64,000 bases of DNA from Myxococcales bacterium (GTDB lineage: Bacteria > Myxococcota_A > UBA9160 > UBA4427): positions 4,002 through 68,001 of the forward strand of contig DUCN01000086.1 in NCBI GenBank assembly GCA_012959805.1, in the 5' to 3' direction. Shown piece by piece: positions 1 through 9,697 of this stretch. The notes below the pieces were generated by a model, which saw only the letters and a program-made list of their open reading frames with translations, did no database searches and was not told where the DNA came from. Both the position numbers and the translations under genes were made by a program. Every line of letters starts with the position of its first letter. The first letter of the stretch is position 1.

Positions 1-478
1 GGTATCGCTGGGAATCCATTCAGACGAGGTTGAGCGCCTTCGCGATCTCTGGGAGAGCCATGAGCTGGCTCGCGTGACGATCACCGACACCGCTTTGCGT
101 GAGGGCTGGTTCTTCCAACAGCCCCACCGCGCGGAACTCGCCCGACTCGAAGGGGAGCTCCGGGAAAATCTGTCGGACGAGGACTACGACAACTACCTGT
201 ACGCACGCGGGGAACCTAATCAGATCAAAGTGGCCGAAGTACTCAGGGGCTCGTCGGCGATGAGGGCCGGAATGCGCACGGGCGACGTCATCTTGCGATA
301 CGACGACGTGAGAATATTCGAACCGGGCGCGCTACTCAGAACCTCGTCCGGCGGCAGACTCGGGGAACAGGTTCCCGTCGCGATCGATCGGGACGGGGTT
401 CGCATGGTCCTATATGTCGAACGTGGAGCTCTTGGCGCGATGACGCAGCACAGACGAGGGCGACCTGGGCTCGACTGA
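1..478 (+). CDS. PDZ domain-containing protein, C-terminal part (5' end lies outside the window)
   Basis: The frame of ORF 74..478 is open from window position 2, with no upstream stop. The C-terminal sequence KVAEVLRGSSAMRAGMRTGDVILRYDDVRI...QVPVAIDRDG looks like a PDZ domain. The stop is TGA at 476-478. Confidence 0.6.
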   Translation, partial: VSLGIHSDEVERLRDLWESHELARVTITDTALREGWFFQQPHRAELARLEGELRENLSDEDYDNYLYARGEPNQIKVAEVLRGSSAMRAGMRTGDVILRYDDVRIFEPGALLRTSSGGRLGEQVPVAIDRDGVRMVLYVERGALGAMTQHRRGRPGLD

Positions 479-528
479 GGCTCGTTTTGGAATGCCGTGC
501 CGAAGAGGTTGAGTATGCTCACGCCCGA

Positions 529-2631
529 ATGACGACACGCGACGGCTCGCAGTTGGATTTTCCTGTAGCGACACTCGTGTGGGGGGTGGCCGGCGTAATC
601 ACCTGCGCTTCGATGATTCCGCTCGAGCCCAATATGCTCGAGGAGGGACTGATCCTTGAGATTGCCCAACGCCTGATTCGCGGTGATCGCCTGTATCAGG
701 ACGTCGTCGCCTTTACCGGCCCCCTGCCCTTCGAAGCGCTCGCCTTGCTGTTCCGCGTGTTCGGAGAAGAGATCCTCGTCGCACGCACCGCAGTCGCGCT
801 CCTTCACGGAGCCGCAACGGCCGCCGTGTTTGCGCTCGCTCGCAGTGCGCGGGCGGATGGACTCGCTCATGCGATCGGGGCGATCGCCGCTTGTACGCCG
901 ATCCTGCTCTTCCCGCTCTTTTCCACCTATTTCTATACGACGCTGGCCGTCTCGATCGGCATCATGGCGAGCTGGGCTGCACTCGCCGGCCTGCATAATC
1001 CGCGTTGGGCGATAGCTTCGGGCGTGCTCGTCGCATGCTCGGCCCTCTGCAAGCAGACGATTGGCGCCGTGCTCGCAATTGCGCTGTTAGTTGTCCTCGT
1101 GGCATGCGCGCCGTCCAAAGCACGTTTGCGCGCGGCTTCCGGATTTATCACGGGCGGTCTACTCGTCGCGGGGATGACGCTGGCAACGTACGCGGCGACC
1201 GGCGGCCTGGACGCGCTGATCTATTCGTTGGTCGAGCTGCCTCTCTCTTTCGAGCCCAGCTACAAATCGCCTTTCATGAACTTCTGGCCGCCGGGTGAAT
1301 TCAGCCAAGACATCAGGAACAGCCAGGCATTCTACCTGCCCTATTTCTATACCCTGCTCTATGGCGGATGGGGTCTCCAGCCGGGCTGGTTCATGACCTT
1401 CATCACCCAACTCCTCTTTGCACTTCCATTCATCGCAATCGCAGCCACATTCGCACGGCGGCGCAGTGGACCTCTGCCGACTGCGACCTGGATCCATCTG
1501 GCCGCGCTGCTTGCGATGACGAGTAACCTGTTCCCACGATCGGACTGGGGCCATCTCGTCTCGGTCCTGCCCAGTGCGGCTATCCAACTTGTCCTCGTCG
1601 CTCCAGTCAGGATCGGCTTGCCGCGCGCATTTTCGCGAACCGCCGCAACAGGGGTCGGACTGCTGGCGTTCCTATCGGCTCTGGTGGCTGGATCGCTCTA
1701 CTGGATTTCGGGCCCACCAAGCTTCGGACCCCGGGTTCCCTTGCGTGTGATCAGCCCGGGCTTCCGAGAAGACGCCGTTCCCCATGTGATCCGCTACCTG
1801 CGTGAGCATACGAACCCAGGCGATGCACTATTCGTCGCCCGAGCCGAACCCCTGATCTATTTCGCGACCGATACGCATAACCCGACACCCTATGGCGGTG
1901 TGATCCCAGGCATGCCCGAGCAACAACAACGCATCATCACGAGGGCGCTCGAAACGACACGCTACGTCGTGATGACCGATATCGATCAACCCGTGTTCAC
2001 GTACTACCGGGACGAACTACCTGACGTGCAGCACGCACTGGAACGATATTTCCATATTCCCGAAGATTTTCTCCAATCGGGTTTGAATTGGATATTGGTT
2101 CTCGAGCGAGGTCGCGATCGCGGAGCCACCCACACCGACCTGATCGAACACGCTTCGAGTGGCCGGCCCTGGATTCGTGCGGGCGGGAAGCTGAAAGCGG
2201 CACGCGTTTTTTCTGACACCATTGGGACCGTCCAGAACCGCCGGTTCCTACCTATGGTTCTCGGAATTCGAGGCGGCGGTATCGATTTTGACCTCGAAAT
2301 TCCACCGGATGGAATTTTTCAAGCGGACATCGGGTATCCGGCGATCGGAACCAGTGAGCAACGGGTGTATCAGCATCCACCGGATAGTCGGATGCGGCTC
2401 TCGATCAAGGCCGAGGGCGTTTTCCAGAAACTCGCCGAAGAGCACGTGTTGATTGAAGATGATGCGATCGCGCGATGGAAGCCCTTCGAGGTCGATCTCT
2501 CGGAATACTCGGGCCAGGCCGTGACCCTACGCCTGCAATTAATCTCCAACCGTCCCATACAGCCCGGCGAACTCGGATGGTGGGGCAGTCCGCGAATCAC
2601 GCTTCGCCCGAACGGGGATGATTCCCAATAA
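529..2631 (+). CDS. GT-C fold (ArnT/PMT-like, GT39/83-type) integral membrane glycosyltransferase with a soluble C-terminal domain
   Basis: The ORF spans 487..2631 and its first ATG is at 529. About 12 hydrophobic helices cover the first ~470 aa. The acidic first loop EPNMLEEGLILEIAQRLIRGDRLYQD is typical of polyprenyl-phosphate-sugar-dependent GT-C enzymes. The last ~240 aa are non-membrane. The start codon is uncertain. Confidence 0.6.
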   Translation: MTTRDGSQLDFPVATLVWGVAGVITCASMIPLEPNMLEEGLILEIAQRLIRGDRLYQDVVAFTGPLPFEALALLFRVFGEEILVARTAVALLHGAATAAVFALARSARADGLAHAIGAIAACTPILLFPLFSTYFYTTLAVSIGIMASWAALAGLHNPRWAIASGVLVACSALCKQTIGAVLAIALLVVLVACAPSKARLRAASGFITGGLLVAGMTLATYAATGGLDALIYSLVELPLSFEPSYKSPFMNFWPPGEFSQDIRNSQAFYLPYFYTLLYGGWGLQPGWFMTFITQLLFALPFIAIAATFARRRSGPLPTATWIHLAALLAMTSNLFPRSDWGHLVSVLPSAAIQLVLVAPVRIGLPRAFSRTAATGVGLLAFLSALVAGSLYWISGPPSFGPRVPLRVISPGFREDAVPHVIRYLREHTNPGDALFVARAEPLIYFATDTHNPTPYGGVIPGMPEQQQRIITRALETTRYVVMTDIDQPVFTYYRDELPDVQHALERYFHIPEDFLQSGLNWILVLERGRDRGATHTDLIEHASSGRPWIRAGGKLKAARVFSDTIGTVQNRRFLPMVLGIRGGGIDFDLEIPPDGIFQADIGYPAIGTSEQRVYQHPPDSRMRLSIKAEGVFQKLAEEHVLIEDDAIARWKPFEVDLSEYSGQAVTLRLQLISNRPIQPGELGWWGSPRITLRPNGDDSQ

Positions 2632-2863
2632 CAACGCAAGCCAGTGGATGGCAACGAATCGTGTTCGCTGCCCGCGGCGCCTCACACGGACCACTCCACC
2701 ATCGGTGAGTCTGAAGCGAGTGCGGGATGCAATCACGGACCGCGGCAGCCGGATCATGAAGAGGGGATCTTCGGGCTTAGAGCAGTCTTACAACGCGCAG
2801 ATCGCGCGAGCGCGCTTTCTGTTCACCGATTCTTGTGTTCCAAGCCGTCCAGAAATTCACGAT

Positions 2864-3676
2864 TCAACAGCGATTCGAGGTTTGCCGCGCAGACTCCGAG
2901 CGCGGCTTTCGGCAGACTGCGAGCAGATCGATACTTTTTCCATCTGCGGGACCAATCGGAAAATCATCGACGCTGAGATCGGGGAGCCCCTGCCCTTTCT
3001 GGATTCCCCGACGCACGACGATGGAGAATTGCGCGAAAAGCCAATCGATCAGCTTTCGAGGAAGTCGGTTGCGAAGCCCAAAGGGGTCGAGACGCATGAT
3101 TCGACGGATGCGCGCCAGTCGGTCCTCCTGGTAGCGCGCCGCGTCCGCGCTCATGCCGACACCTAACATCTCGACCTCTTCGAAATGCTGTTCCAAAAGC
3201 TGACAGAGCTCAGCGGATTCGTATTCATGGATATGAAACGGGTTTACGCCGTCCGACATCAAGATGTTGGGCGTCGTCACGAGCGCCGTCCCGTCTGACC
3301 GAACGGCATTGGCGATGGCCTGCATGTAAACGGTGGGATCCTCGAGATGCTCGATGACCTGAAAGCTCACGACGAGATCAAAACTTCGAGGCACGAGCGG
3401 AACACCCGCCAAATCTGCACGCACATAATGAAGGCTATCACGCCGATGTTGGGCATCTGGCGTGATCCGATCCAGCGCCACCACATGGCCCACCGCATCG
3501 GCGATTTCGGCGCTCCCGTATCCGTTGCCACATCCGAGATCGAGGGTTCGACCGTTCTCACGCTGCCCGGCGACTTCGATGGCTCTCAAGTAGGCGGCTC
3601 GATGTCGGGCGAGATCGGGCCCGAATAGGGCATGGTCATCGTCGAGGCGCTCTCCGGTCAGGGTTACTTGGCTCAA
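2864..3676 (-). CDS. Class I SAM-dependent methyltransferase
   Basis: It carries motif I LDLGCGNGYGS followed by VVALD. It overlaps the upstream gene by 4 nt (3673-3676). Plus-strand ORFs across this stretch look like shadow ORFs. Confidence 0.8.
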   Translation of the reverse strand: MSQVTLTGERLDDDHALFGPDLARHRAAYLRAIEVAGQRENGRTLDLGCGNGYGSAEIADAVGHVVALDRITPDAQHRRDSLHYVRADLAGVPLVPRSFDLVVSFQVIEHLEDPTVYMQAIANAVRSDGTALVTTPNILMSDGVNPFHIHEYESAELCQLLEQHFEEVEMLGVGMSADAARYQEDRLARIRRIMRLDPFGLRNRLPRKLIDWLFAQFSIVVRRGIQKGQGLPDLSVDDFPIGPADGKSIDLLAVCRKPRSESARQTSNRC

Positions 3677-4647
3677 TCTCTCGTCTCCCGCGCTGCCGCC
3701 AGCGCCTCACGCGTAAATTCGCCGGCAAAAAGAAGCCCGACACCGGCCCGCATCACAATCAAACCAGCACTGAGCGCCAGATTGCTTGCCAATAGAATTT
3801 CGGGTGATCCCCAATGACGGAACATGAATACGAAGGCGACCTGCCCTGTCCCTAGACCGGCCACCGCGATCGGAAGCGAAGCGACCAGCGAAACGGCGGC
3901 GACGCCGATCACGAGGTCACCCAGCGGGACATGAATATCGAATACCAGAAGTGCGGTTCCACATAACATGATGAACGAGATGACAAATCCCAATCGAAGC
4001 ACGGCCAGAATCGCGAGTCGCGAAATCTCGGTCTCGCGGGCTGCCCGAAAGAGCTCGAGATCCCGCAGACGATCGAGTGGTCCCAGGGAAAAGTTCGCAC
4101 GAAGCAGAGCAAACCCAACCAAGATGGCGGCGACCGCAAGAGCGATGGCAGACGCCTGCAAAGCAATCGTCTGCGTCGAGAGAAGAACGGCGCCAAACGC
4201 CGACAAGAGAAGCAGGAATCCGAGATCGAAGAGTGCGATCAAAATGACGATCCCAGCCGCATTCGAAATCCCGAGATTTCCACGGCGACGTAGCAGATAC
4301 GTGAGTCCCCCAGCACCCAGGGCGTAATTAAGCAGTCCGAGGGGATAACTTGCGGCCTTTATCTTGGCGCACGTCCACTTGTCGAGAGACTGCGAGCTCG
4401 GCGAGGCCAATAGATTCAGCGTCTGCGCTTCGATCCACAAACTCACAGCACCGTAGAGCAGTACTGCCGGAATCATCACTGCCCCGACCCGACCGTCCGC
4501 ATGACTGAGAACTTCCCCGAAGTCGATGCGACTGAGCAGTAGAGCGAAAGCCGCCGCGCTGACGACCACGGGAACGAGCCACTTCGCGAGCTGGCGTGCT
4601 CGACCGCTCCCGCCTGCTTCTCCGGTCTGCGGTTCTAAGGCTGCCAC
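3673..4647 (-). CDS. UPF0104 / lysylphosphatidylglycerol-synthase-TM-region family membrane protein (flippase-like)
   Basis: The 324-aa product is polytopic (about 8 TM helices), with a basic N-terminus followed by WLVPVVVSAAAFALLL. It sits in the position typical of this family, next to GT2 and GT-C genes, and overlaps both neighbours. Confidence 0.6.
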   Translation of the reverse strand: MAALEPQTGEAGGSGRARQLAKWLVPVVVSAAAFALLLSRIDFGEVLSHADGRVGAVMIPAVLLYGAVSLWIEAQTLNLLASPSSQSLDKWTCAKIKAASYPLGLLNYALGAGGLTYLLRRRGNLGISNAAGIVILIALFDLGFLLLLSAFGAVLLSTQTIALQASAIALAVAAILVGFALLRANFSLGPLDRLRDLELFRAARETEISRLAILAVLRLGFVISFIMLCGTALLVFDIHVPLGDLVIGVAAVSLVASLPIAVAGLGTGQVAFVFMFRHWGSPEILLASNLALSAGLIVMRAGVGLLFAGEFTREALAAARETRD

Positions 4648-6023
4648 GAGGTCTCCACTGGGGTCCAGGGAATACCGGGCAATTCATGCTTTTCCAGAAC
4701 GACCCCATAGCTAAAGGTCACGATCACAAGAATCGTGAGTAGGCCAACACAGGTGAATACGCCTTTTGATCGCCAATCGCTGCCTCGAGTCCAATCCGCC
4801 AGAACTTCACTCGCATAGAAGGAGAAGGGGACACACAACCCGAGAAGAAAGCTGCCCTTCAGAACGACGAACCATGGATTGCGCCAAGAGAAAACAAGAT
4901 AGCCTCCAAACGTGGCGATCACGAGTAAGAGCAGGAGAACATCAGGTCCTGGAATCGAATGCAAGACGCGACGAATGCCGCGAAGCAGCCCGACACCGAA
5001 TGCAATGGTCGGCAAGAGACCCAGCACCAGAATTGCAGTCGCTAGCCGCGCAATCGACACACCATCAAGGGGAACGAAATGTCGATGTGCATCGAACCAA
5101 ATCGTCGCATAGGTACTTCCCCAAACCGAATGGATCAGATTCGGGGATAAGAGGTTCGGATCGATGAAGAGCTGCCACGGGAATGACAAGTAGTCGATGA
5201 GGCTACGAGAGCCCGGCGGCATGCGAAACATGACCGAGTGTACTTCGAGGGCATGCGGGTAGAGGTATCCGTACTGCAACCAGTTCCAGGCAAAGAACCA
5301 TCCGCCAACGAGCACTGCTGCTGCCCCAAAAACACCTGGCCTAACAAGTGATGACGCCCAAGATCCGGCGTCACGGGCCGCTCGGAGATCCACCAACAGA
5401 TAGGCGGCTCCCCCAGCGGCGATGACCAGCAGCCCGGTCAACTTCGTCAGCAGAGCCAGTCCTGCAATGCCGCCGAAGAGGCCAGCGCGCATCAACGCCT
5501 TGGGTGTCCTCTCTGGTTCAGCGGTGAGATCGAGACCCACGCCGACCACCACGATGGAGATCAAGGTCGTGACGAGAATCTCCTCCGTCAACATCGCGCT
5601 CATGTAGAGGTGAACGGGCAGGAAGAGCAGCAGCCCTCCAGCGAAAACGGCACGCCGTGAATTCCCCGGGTCCGCGCGCTGAACGAATACGACGGCGGCG
5701 ACAATCCCGAGAAGTCCGAAGCACATACTCGCGAATCGAATCGCGTGGATGGCGGACGCTTTCCCAAGCTCTCCGACCCCACCGAAGATGCGACCGATGG
5801 CCCCTGCCACGTAGTAGAACAATGGGGGATGTGCGGTCGACCACCCGGAATCCGGCGAGGGCAGCGCCCAGGACCGAAGCAGCCCGGAGACATAAGACCA
5901 ATTCCCCTGAGCATCGAACCCCATATCGATCGGATATTGGAAGACGTTGCTCACGCGCATCGCGATGCCGACGAAAATCGTCAAGCCGATCACGATGATC
6001 CATCGCTGCGATAGGGGGGACAT
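4635..6023 (-). CDS. GT-C/PMT_2-like (GT39-type) membrane glycosyltransferase
   Basis: The ORF spans 4635..6083. The likely start is MSPLSQRW at 6023, which overlaps the GT4 stop as TGATG. The first-loop motif is YPIDMGFDAQGNWSYV, followed by HPPLFYY and about 11 TM helices. Confidence 0.6.
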   Translation of the reverse strand: MSPLSQRWIIVIGLTIFVGIAMRVSNVFQYPIDMGFDAQGNWSYVSGLLRSWALPSPDSGWSTAHPPLFYYVAGAIGRIFGGVGELGKASAIHAIRFASMCFGLLGIVAAVVFVQRADPGNSRRAVFAGGLLLFLPVHLYMSAMLTEEILVTTLISIVVVGVGLDLTAEPERTPKALMRAGLFGGIAGLALLTKLTGLLVIAAGGAAYLLVDLRAARDAGSWASSLVRPGVFGAAAVLVGGWFFAWNWLQYGYLYPHALEVHSVMFRMPPGSRSLIDYLSFPWQLFIDPNLLSPNLIHSVWGSTYATIWFDAHRHFVPLDGVSIARLATAILVLGLLPTIAFGVGLLRGIRRVLHSIPGPDVLLLLLVIATFGGYLVFSWRNPWFVVLKGSFLLGLCVPFSFYASEVLADWTRGSDWRSKGVFTCVGLLTILVIVTFSYGVVLEKHELPGIPWTPVETSWQP

Positions 6024-7141
6024 CACTGAAGATTTCGGGCGCGATCGATCGCTTCGCCCATCTCCGTCGCCGCTTGTTCCCAATCGAATTGCCGAGACCA
6101 GGCAAGGGCCTCTCTGGACATACGAAGCGCCAGCGCATCGTCCTCGAGCAAGCGTCCGATCTGCTCAGCAAAAGCATCGACGTCGCCGTAGGGAGCGAGC
6201 AACCCGGTCTGACCGTCACGTACGGAATCCCGGAGCCCCGGCGCGTCACTGGCGACAACAGGCGTTCCCAGTCGATTGGCCTCGATCACGGTCAGCCCCC
6301 AGCCTTCCTTCTCTGAGGCACAAACGCAGACGCGACTTTCGGCAAGCAGCGAATCCCGCTCGTGATCGCTGACGAATCCGGTGAACCGCGTGCGTTCGGC
6401 AAGGCCGAGCTCCTCGGCCAACCTTTCAAGTTCCGGTGTCGCAGAACCGCGGCCAATGATCAGTAGTTCCGCTTCGGGGAAACGTTCGCTGAGTTTCGCC
6501 ATGGCTCGAAGAACGAGATCGACGCGCTTGTAGGGTTCGATCCGACCCACATAGGCGACCCGCGTTGGTCTCAACTGATCGACGTCCACCACCACATCCG
6601 TCGGATCCACGCCGCAGTGGCTCACTTTGATCGAGGCTTCCGGTATCCCGCGCGCCGCTAGATCGTCTCGCGAGCTTTCAGAAATCGTAATGAAGGGCAG
6701 TCTCCGATAAAGGAGCGGGATGAAGCGTTCGAGCAGCCAGACCACCGCCGCGATCGGCCAGGCGACCTGTCGAAAGGCCACCTCTCCGAAGAGATGGTGA
6801 CAAAGCGCCAGAACAGGCACCCCCGAATAGACGGGAGAAAAGAAGGGAACCTTGTTCAGACATTCGACGACGACATCGAATTCATCGCGACGCGTTCGCG
6901 TCGCGCAATACCAGGCCACGCGTGGGTAATAAGAGAGCAGGCTCCCGAGACGACGAACCCGAAGGCCTTCTACGACCTCTTCCGAAGCACCGCCCGAGAA
7001 TCCGGAAACCGCCAATGTCACGTCGTATCCGCGTTCACTGAGACGCCGAAAGACCTCGGCAACATGAAATTCGGCGCCCCCCGTCTTGGGGTGCTTTGGA
7101 TCGCGCTCGTTCAGCACCAGGACGCGGCAGCTCTTGCTCAT
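6023..7141 (-). CDS. Glycosyltransferase family 4 (GT-B, group 1)
   Basis: The N-terminus reads VLVLNERDPKHPKTGGAEFHV. The C-terminal EX7E motif is ASEKEGWGLTVIEANRLGTPVVAS. Confidence 0.85.
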   Translation of the reverse strand: MSKSCRVLVLNERDPKHPKTGGAEFHVAEVFRRLSERGYDVTLAVSGFSGGASEEVVEGLRVRRLGSLLSYYPRVAWYCATRTRRDEFDVVVECLNKVPFFSPVYSGVPVLALCHHLFGEVAFRQVAWPIAAVVWLLERFIPLLYRRLPFITISESSRDDLAARGIPEASIKVSHCGVDPTDVVVDVDQLRPTRVAYVGRIEPYKRVDLVLRAMAKLSERFPEAELLIIGRGSATPELERLAEELGLAERTRFTGFVSDHERDSLLAESRVCVCASEKEGWGLTVIEANRLGTPVVASDAPGLRDSVRDGQTGLLAPYGDVDAFAEQIGRLLEDDALALRMSREALAWSRQFDWEQAATEMGEAIDRARNLQ

Positions 7142-7198
7142 GAATTAAGACTTTGCCCCGCGCTCGACCGCAACGGGCCGGCTGCAGAATCCTCGAGT

Positions 7199-7918
7199 TT
7201 ATAGACGACCAAATGCATCGGCGATGCGCAGCCACCAGACGATCCAGAGCGCTTCCAAACCGATGCTCAGGGTCAACTTCGACGTTCCACGCGTGCGGTC
7301 GAGGAAGAAGAACGGGACCTCCTTGATCCGCGCCTTGCACCTCACGAAGCGGTAATTCATTTCGATCTGAAAGGCATAACCGTTCGCCTTGATGCGTTCG
7401 AAACCCATCTTCTCGAGCAGCTCACGTCGGACACAGCGCAGCCCGCCCGTCGAATCCGCAATCGGAAGGCCGGTCACCTTTCGCGCATACCAATTCCCGA
7501 AATAGCTGATCAGGATTCGTTCGATCGGCCAATTGACAACGGTGATGCCATTCAAATAACGAGACCCGAGCACAACATCATGCGTTTCGAGTTCAACGAT
7601 GAGTTCTTTCAGAATGGCGGGCGGATGGGAGAAATCCGCGTCCATCTGGATCACGAAGTCGGCGCCCAGATCGAGCGCCTTTCGAAGGCCCGCGCGGTAC
7701 GCGGGACCCAGGCCTTCTTTCACTGGACGGTGCAAGACGTGAACGCGGCCCGTCGACTCGGCCAGGTCGTCCGCGATCTTGCCGGTGCCATCGGGCGAAT
7801 CATCATCGACGACAAGAATCTCGAGCCTTTCGTCCTGGGCAAGAACCTCGGGAACGATCAGCGGAAGATTCTCAGCCTCGTTGTATGTAGGGATGACGAC
7901 GATCCCGCGCTTCATCAA
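7199..7918 (-). CDS. Polyprenol monophosphomannose synthase (Dpm1/Ppm1-like GT2)
   Basis: The sequence VVIPTYNEAENLPLIV...LVVDDDSPDGTG...GLGPAYRAGL...IQMDADFSHPP is the canonical soluble Ppm1/DPM synthase signature. Confidence 0.85.
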   Translation of the reverse strand: MMKRGIVVIPTYNEAENLPLIVPEVLAQDERLEILVVDDDSPDGTGKIADDLAESTGRVHVLHRPVKEGLGPAYRAGLRKALDLGADFVIQMDADFSHPPAILKELIVELETHDVVLGSRYLNGITVVNWPIERILISYFGNWYARKVTGLPIADSTGGLRCVRRELLEKMGFERIKANGYAFQIEMNYRFVRCKARIKEVPFFFLDRTRGTSKLTLSIGLEALWIVWWLRIADAFGRL

Positions 7919-8072
7919 GATTCCTCGGACCGGCGGTTCGCGAACGCAAAGAGCGATTCGTCGGCTGAATGTGGCCCAGATCCATGAATCGGGATCTCTA
8001 GGCGATCACCTTAGAGTCAATTCTGTGAATGTACAACGAAAACAGGCCCCTCTGGGCGATTCGGGGAGCCTT

Positions 8073-8822
8073 CTATGCCCGTCTGGCCAGAACGATCCAA
8101 TGCCGGAGTCCACCCCGGCCGGGCCGCTGGGTTTCGATGGAGAATCCCTGCGCACGCAGCCGCGCCTCGAAATGCTCTTCCCTCGCCTCGGCCCAGACCC
8201 CGAGAACCCCACCCGGTGCAAGCGCCTGCCAGGATCGGCGGATGGCCTCGCTGCCGTAGAGGGGATCACGCTTCGGGTCCGTGCGCGCGTGAGGCCCCTC
8301 GAATAGATCGAGGACGATGGCATCGTAGACACCCCCCGCTCCTCCGCCTTGGGAACCACCGGACTTTGCGCACTCGCGGATTCGATCCGCAACGTCTCCG
8401 ACACCAAGCGTCACTCTTGGATCCGCGAGAACGTTCTTCGAGAGCGTCGCAAGCGGCCCACGACACCACTCGGCCACAACGCCATGCAGCTCCGCCACAT
8501 CGATCCGGCATGTCTCATCCACGGTGTCGAGCACCGCACGCAGCGTCAGCCCCATCCCAAGACCGCCAACCAGAATCCGCGCACCGGCCGGAAGCCCACG
8601 ACAGGTGCGAATCCCGAGTTCCTTCTCCGACCGGCTGGCGCGGCTATTCATCAAGACTCGACCATCGATGCAGATCAGAAAGTCGTCGGTATCGCGCTGT
8701 CGAAGCTCGAAGACGCCGTCCGGAGTTTCTCTTTGGTCGAGGGTCTGCCAGGGACGGCTCAAGTCATCATCTCGCGGTCGCGTTTGAAGGCGACTTGAAG
8801 GGTGGAGTTGCGGGATCGCCAA
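8073..8822 (-). CDS. Spermidine-synthase-like SAM-dependent methyltransferase-fold protein
   Basis: It has ILVGGLGMGLTLRAVLD (a glycine-rich SAM/dcSAM loop), then DVAELH and YDAIVLDLFEGP, the usual SpeE-like arrangement. It is the first gene of the minus-strand glycosylation operon. Confidence 0.65.
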   Translation of the reverse strand: MAIPQLHPSSRLQTRPRDDDLSRPWQTLDQRETPDGVFELRQRDTDDFLICIDGRVLMNSRASRSEKELGIRTCRGLPAGARILVGGLGMGLTLRAVLDTVDETCRIDVAELHGVVAEWCRGPLATLSKNVLADPRVTLGVGDVADRIRECAKSGGSQGGGAGGVYDAIVLDLFEGPHARTDPKRDPLYGSEAIRRSWQALAPGGVLGVWAEAREEHFEARLRAQGFSIETQRPGRGGLRHWIVLARRA

Positions 8823-8916
8823 TACCTAAGTCACAATTTTGTTACATATAATTCTTCGCATGTGCAAGCACAACATAAGCGCCCCCATCGATCAATGACA
8901 ACGGTGGAGAGAGTTC

Positions 8917-9366
8917 ATGGGCTTGACCATCGGTTCCCTATACGTACGTCGAAGCATCCTCTGTGACACGTCCTCGGCGCGTGTGTGGCAGGAGTTCGAG
9001 CCCTTCGAGAGAATGGCCGCATGACTGGATCTCGGCCACGAACTGCATACCTTCGTATGTCGCGTGGATGGCAGCGTCAGGATGACCATTGAGGTGAACG
9101 GAGAGCGGCGGCACTACGGTAGACGTGTCCTTGTCGTCGAGCCGGAACGGGAAGGATCCTTCGAGAGCCAGTGGGACGCGCCCTACTCCTGGCCCGTCCC
9201 GACGTTCTGGACGATTCGACTAACACCCCATCATGATGCCACGATAGTCCAAATCGATCATCATGGATTTGAACGATTGAGTGCGATGGTGGCGGACAAT
9301 CTGCAAGGCCATGAGGATGGGTGGAACATCAAGCATCTCGAAGTGCTTCGTGGCCTTGTCGAATAA
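8917..9366 (+). pseudogene. SRPBCC (AHSA1/START-like) family protein interrupted by an in-frame TGA at 9022-9024
   Basis: The ATG at 8917 and the tracked ORF 9064..9366 are in the same frame. Reading through gives MGLTIGSLYVRRSILCDTSSARVWQEFEPFERMAA[TGA]LDLGHELHTF...GHEDGWNIKHLEVLRGLVE. The TGA falls where this family normally has Trp (TGG). This could be a nonsense mutation, a sequencing error, or reinitiation at GTG 9064. Confidence 0.55.
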
Positions 9367-9697
9367 TCGAGACGCGTACGCCGCGATTGCGGATTCGACA
9401 CGAAGAGAGATTCTCGACTTGCTTCGCGAGGAAGGGCCACCGCTCGCCGGCGACATCGCCGCCCGATTCAAGGATGCCTCGCGACCGGGAATCTCTCGCC
9501 ACCTTCGGGTCCTGAAAGAATGCGGCGTTGTCTCCTCGAGAAAGGAAGGCAAGAAACAGCATTATTCCTTGTGTCCGAAACCACTCCTCGTTTTGCGCAA
9601 GGGTTGGCTCGCGCGCTTCTCGGAAGGACAGACCAAGAGTCTCGCGCGGCTGCGCAAACGAGTGGAGTCGAGTCCTCCAAAACCCAGGTCGTCTTGA
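9350..9697 (+). CDS. ArsR/SmtB family transcriptional regulator
   Basis: The sequence YAAIADSTRREILDLLREEGPPLAGDIAARFKDASRPGISRHLRVLKECGVVSSRKEGKKQHYSL is a winged HTH of ArsR type. The ORF runs from 9281. Plausible starts are GTG 9350 or ATG 9311/9317, so the start is uncertain. ArsR genes are classically paired with an SRPBCC gene. Confidence 0.8.
   Translation: MALSNNRDAYAAIADSTRREILDLLREEGPPLAGDIAARFKDASRPGISRHLRVLKECGVVSSRKEGKKQHYSLCPKPLLVLRKGWLARFSEGQTKSLARLRKRVESSPPKPRSS

Noticed and set aside
6536-6560. tRNA-like T-arm matches: GGGTTCGATCC near 6543, GGTTCGAAT on the minus strand near 320, and AAGGTTCGATCAAT near 45446. I also searched for a tRNA-Sec anticodon loop (CTTCAAA).
   Set aside because: Two of the three (near 320 and near 6543) lie inside confident CDSs. 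The third (near 45446) lies in the gene-poor 45268-45715 gap next to the UUCG hairpin. None has the flanking acceptor, D or anticodon stems. The CTTCAAA hits (about 21025 and 21851) have no complementary anticodon stem.
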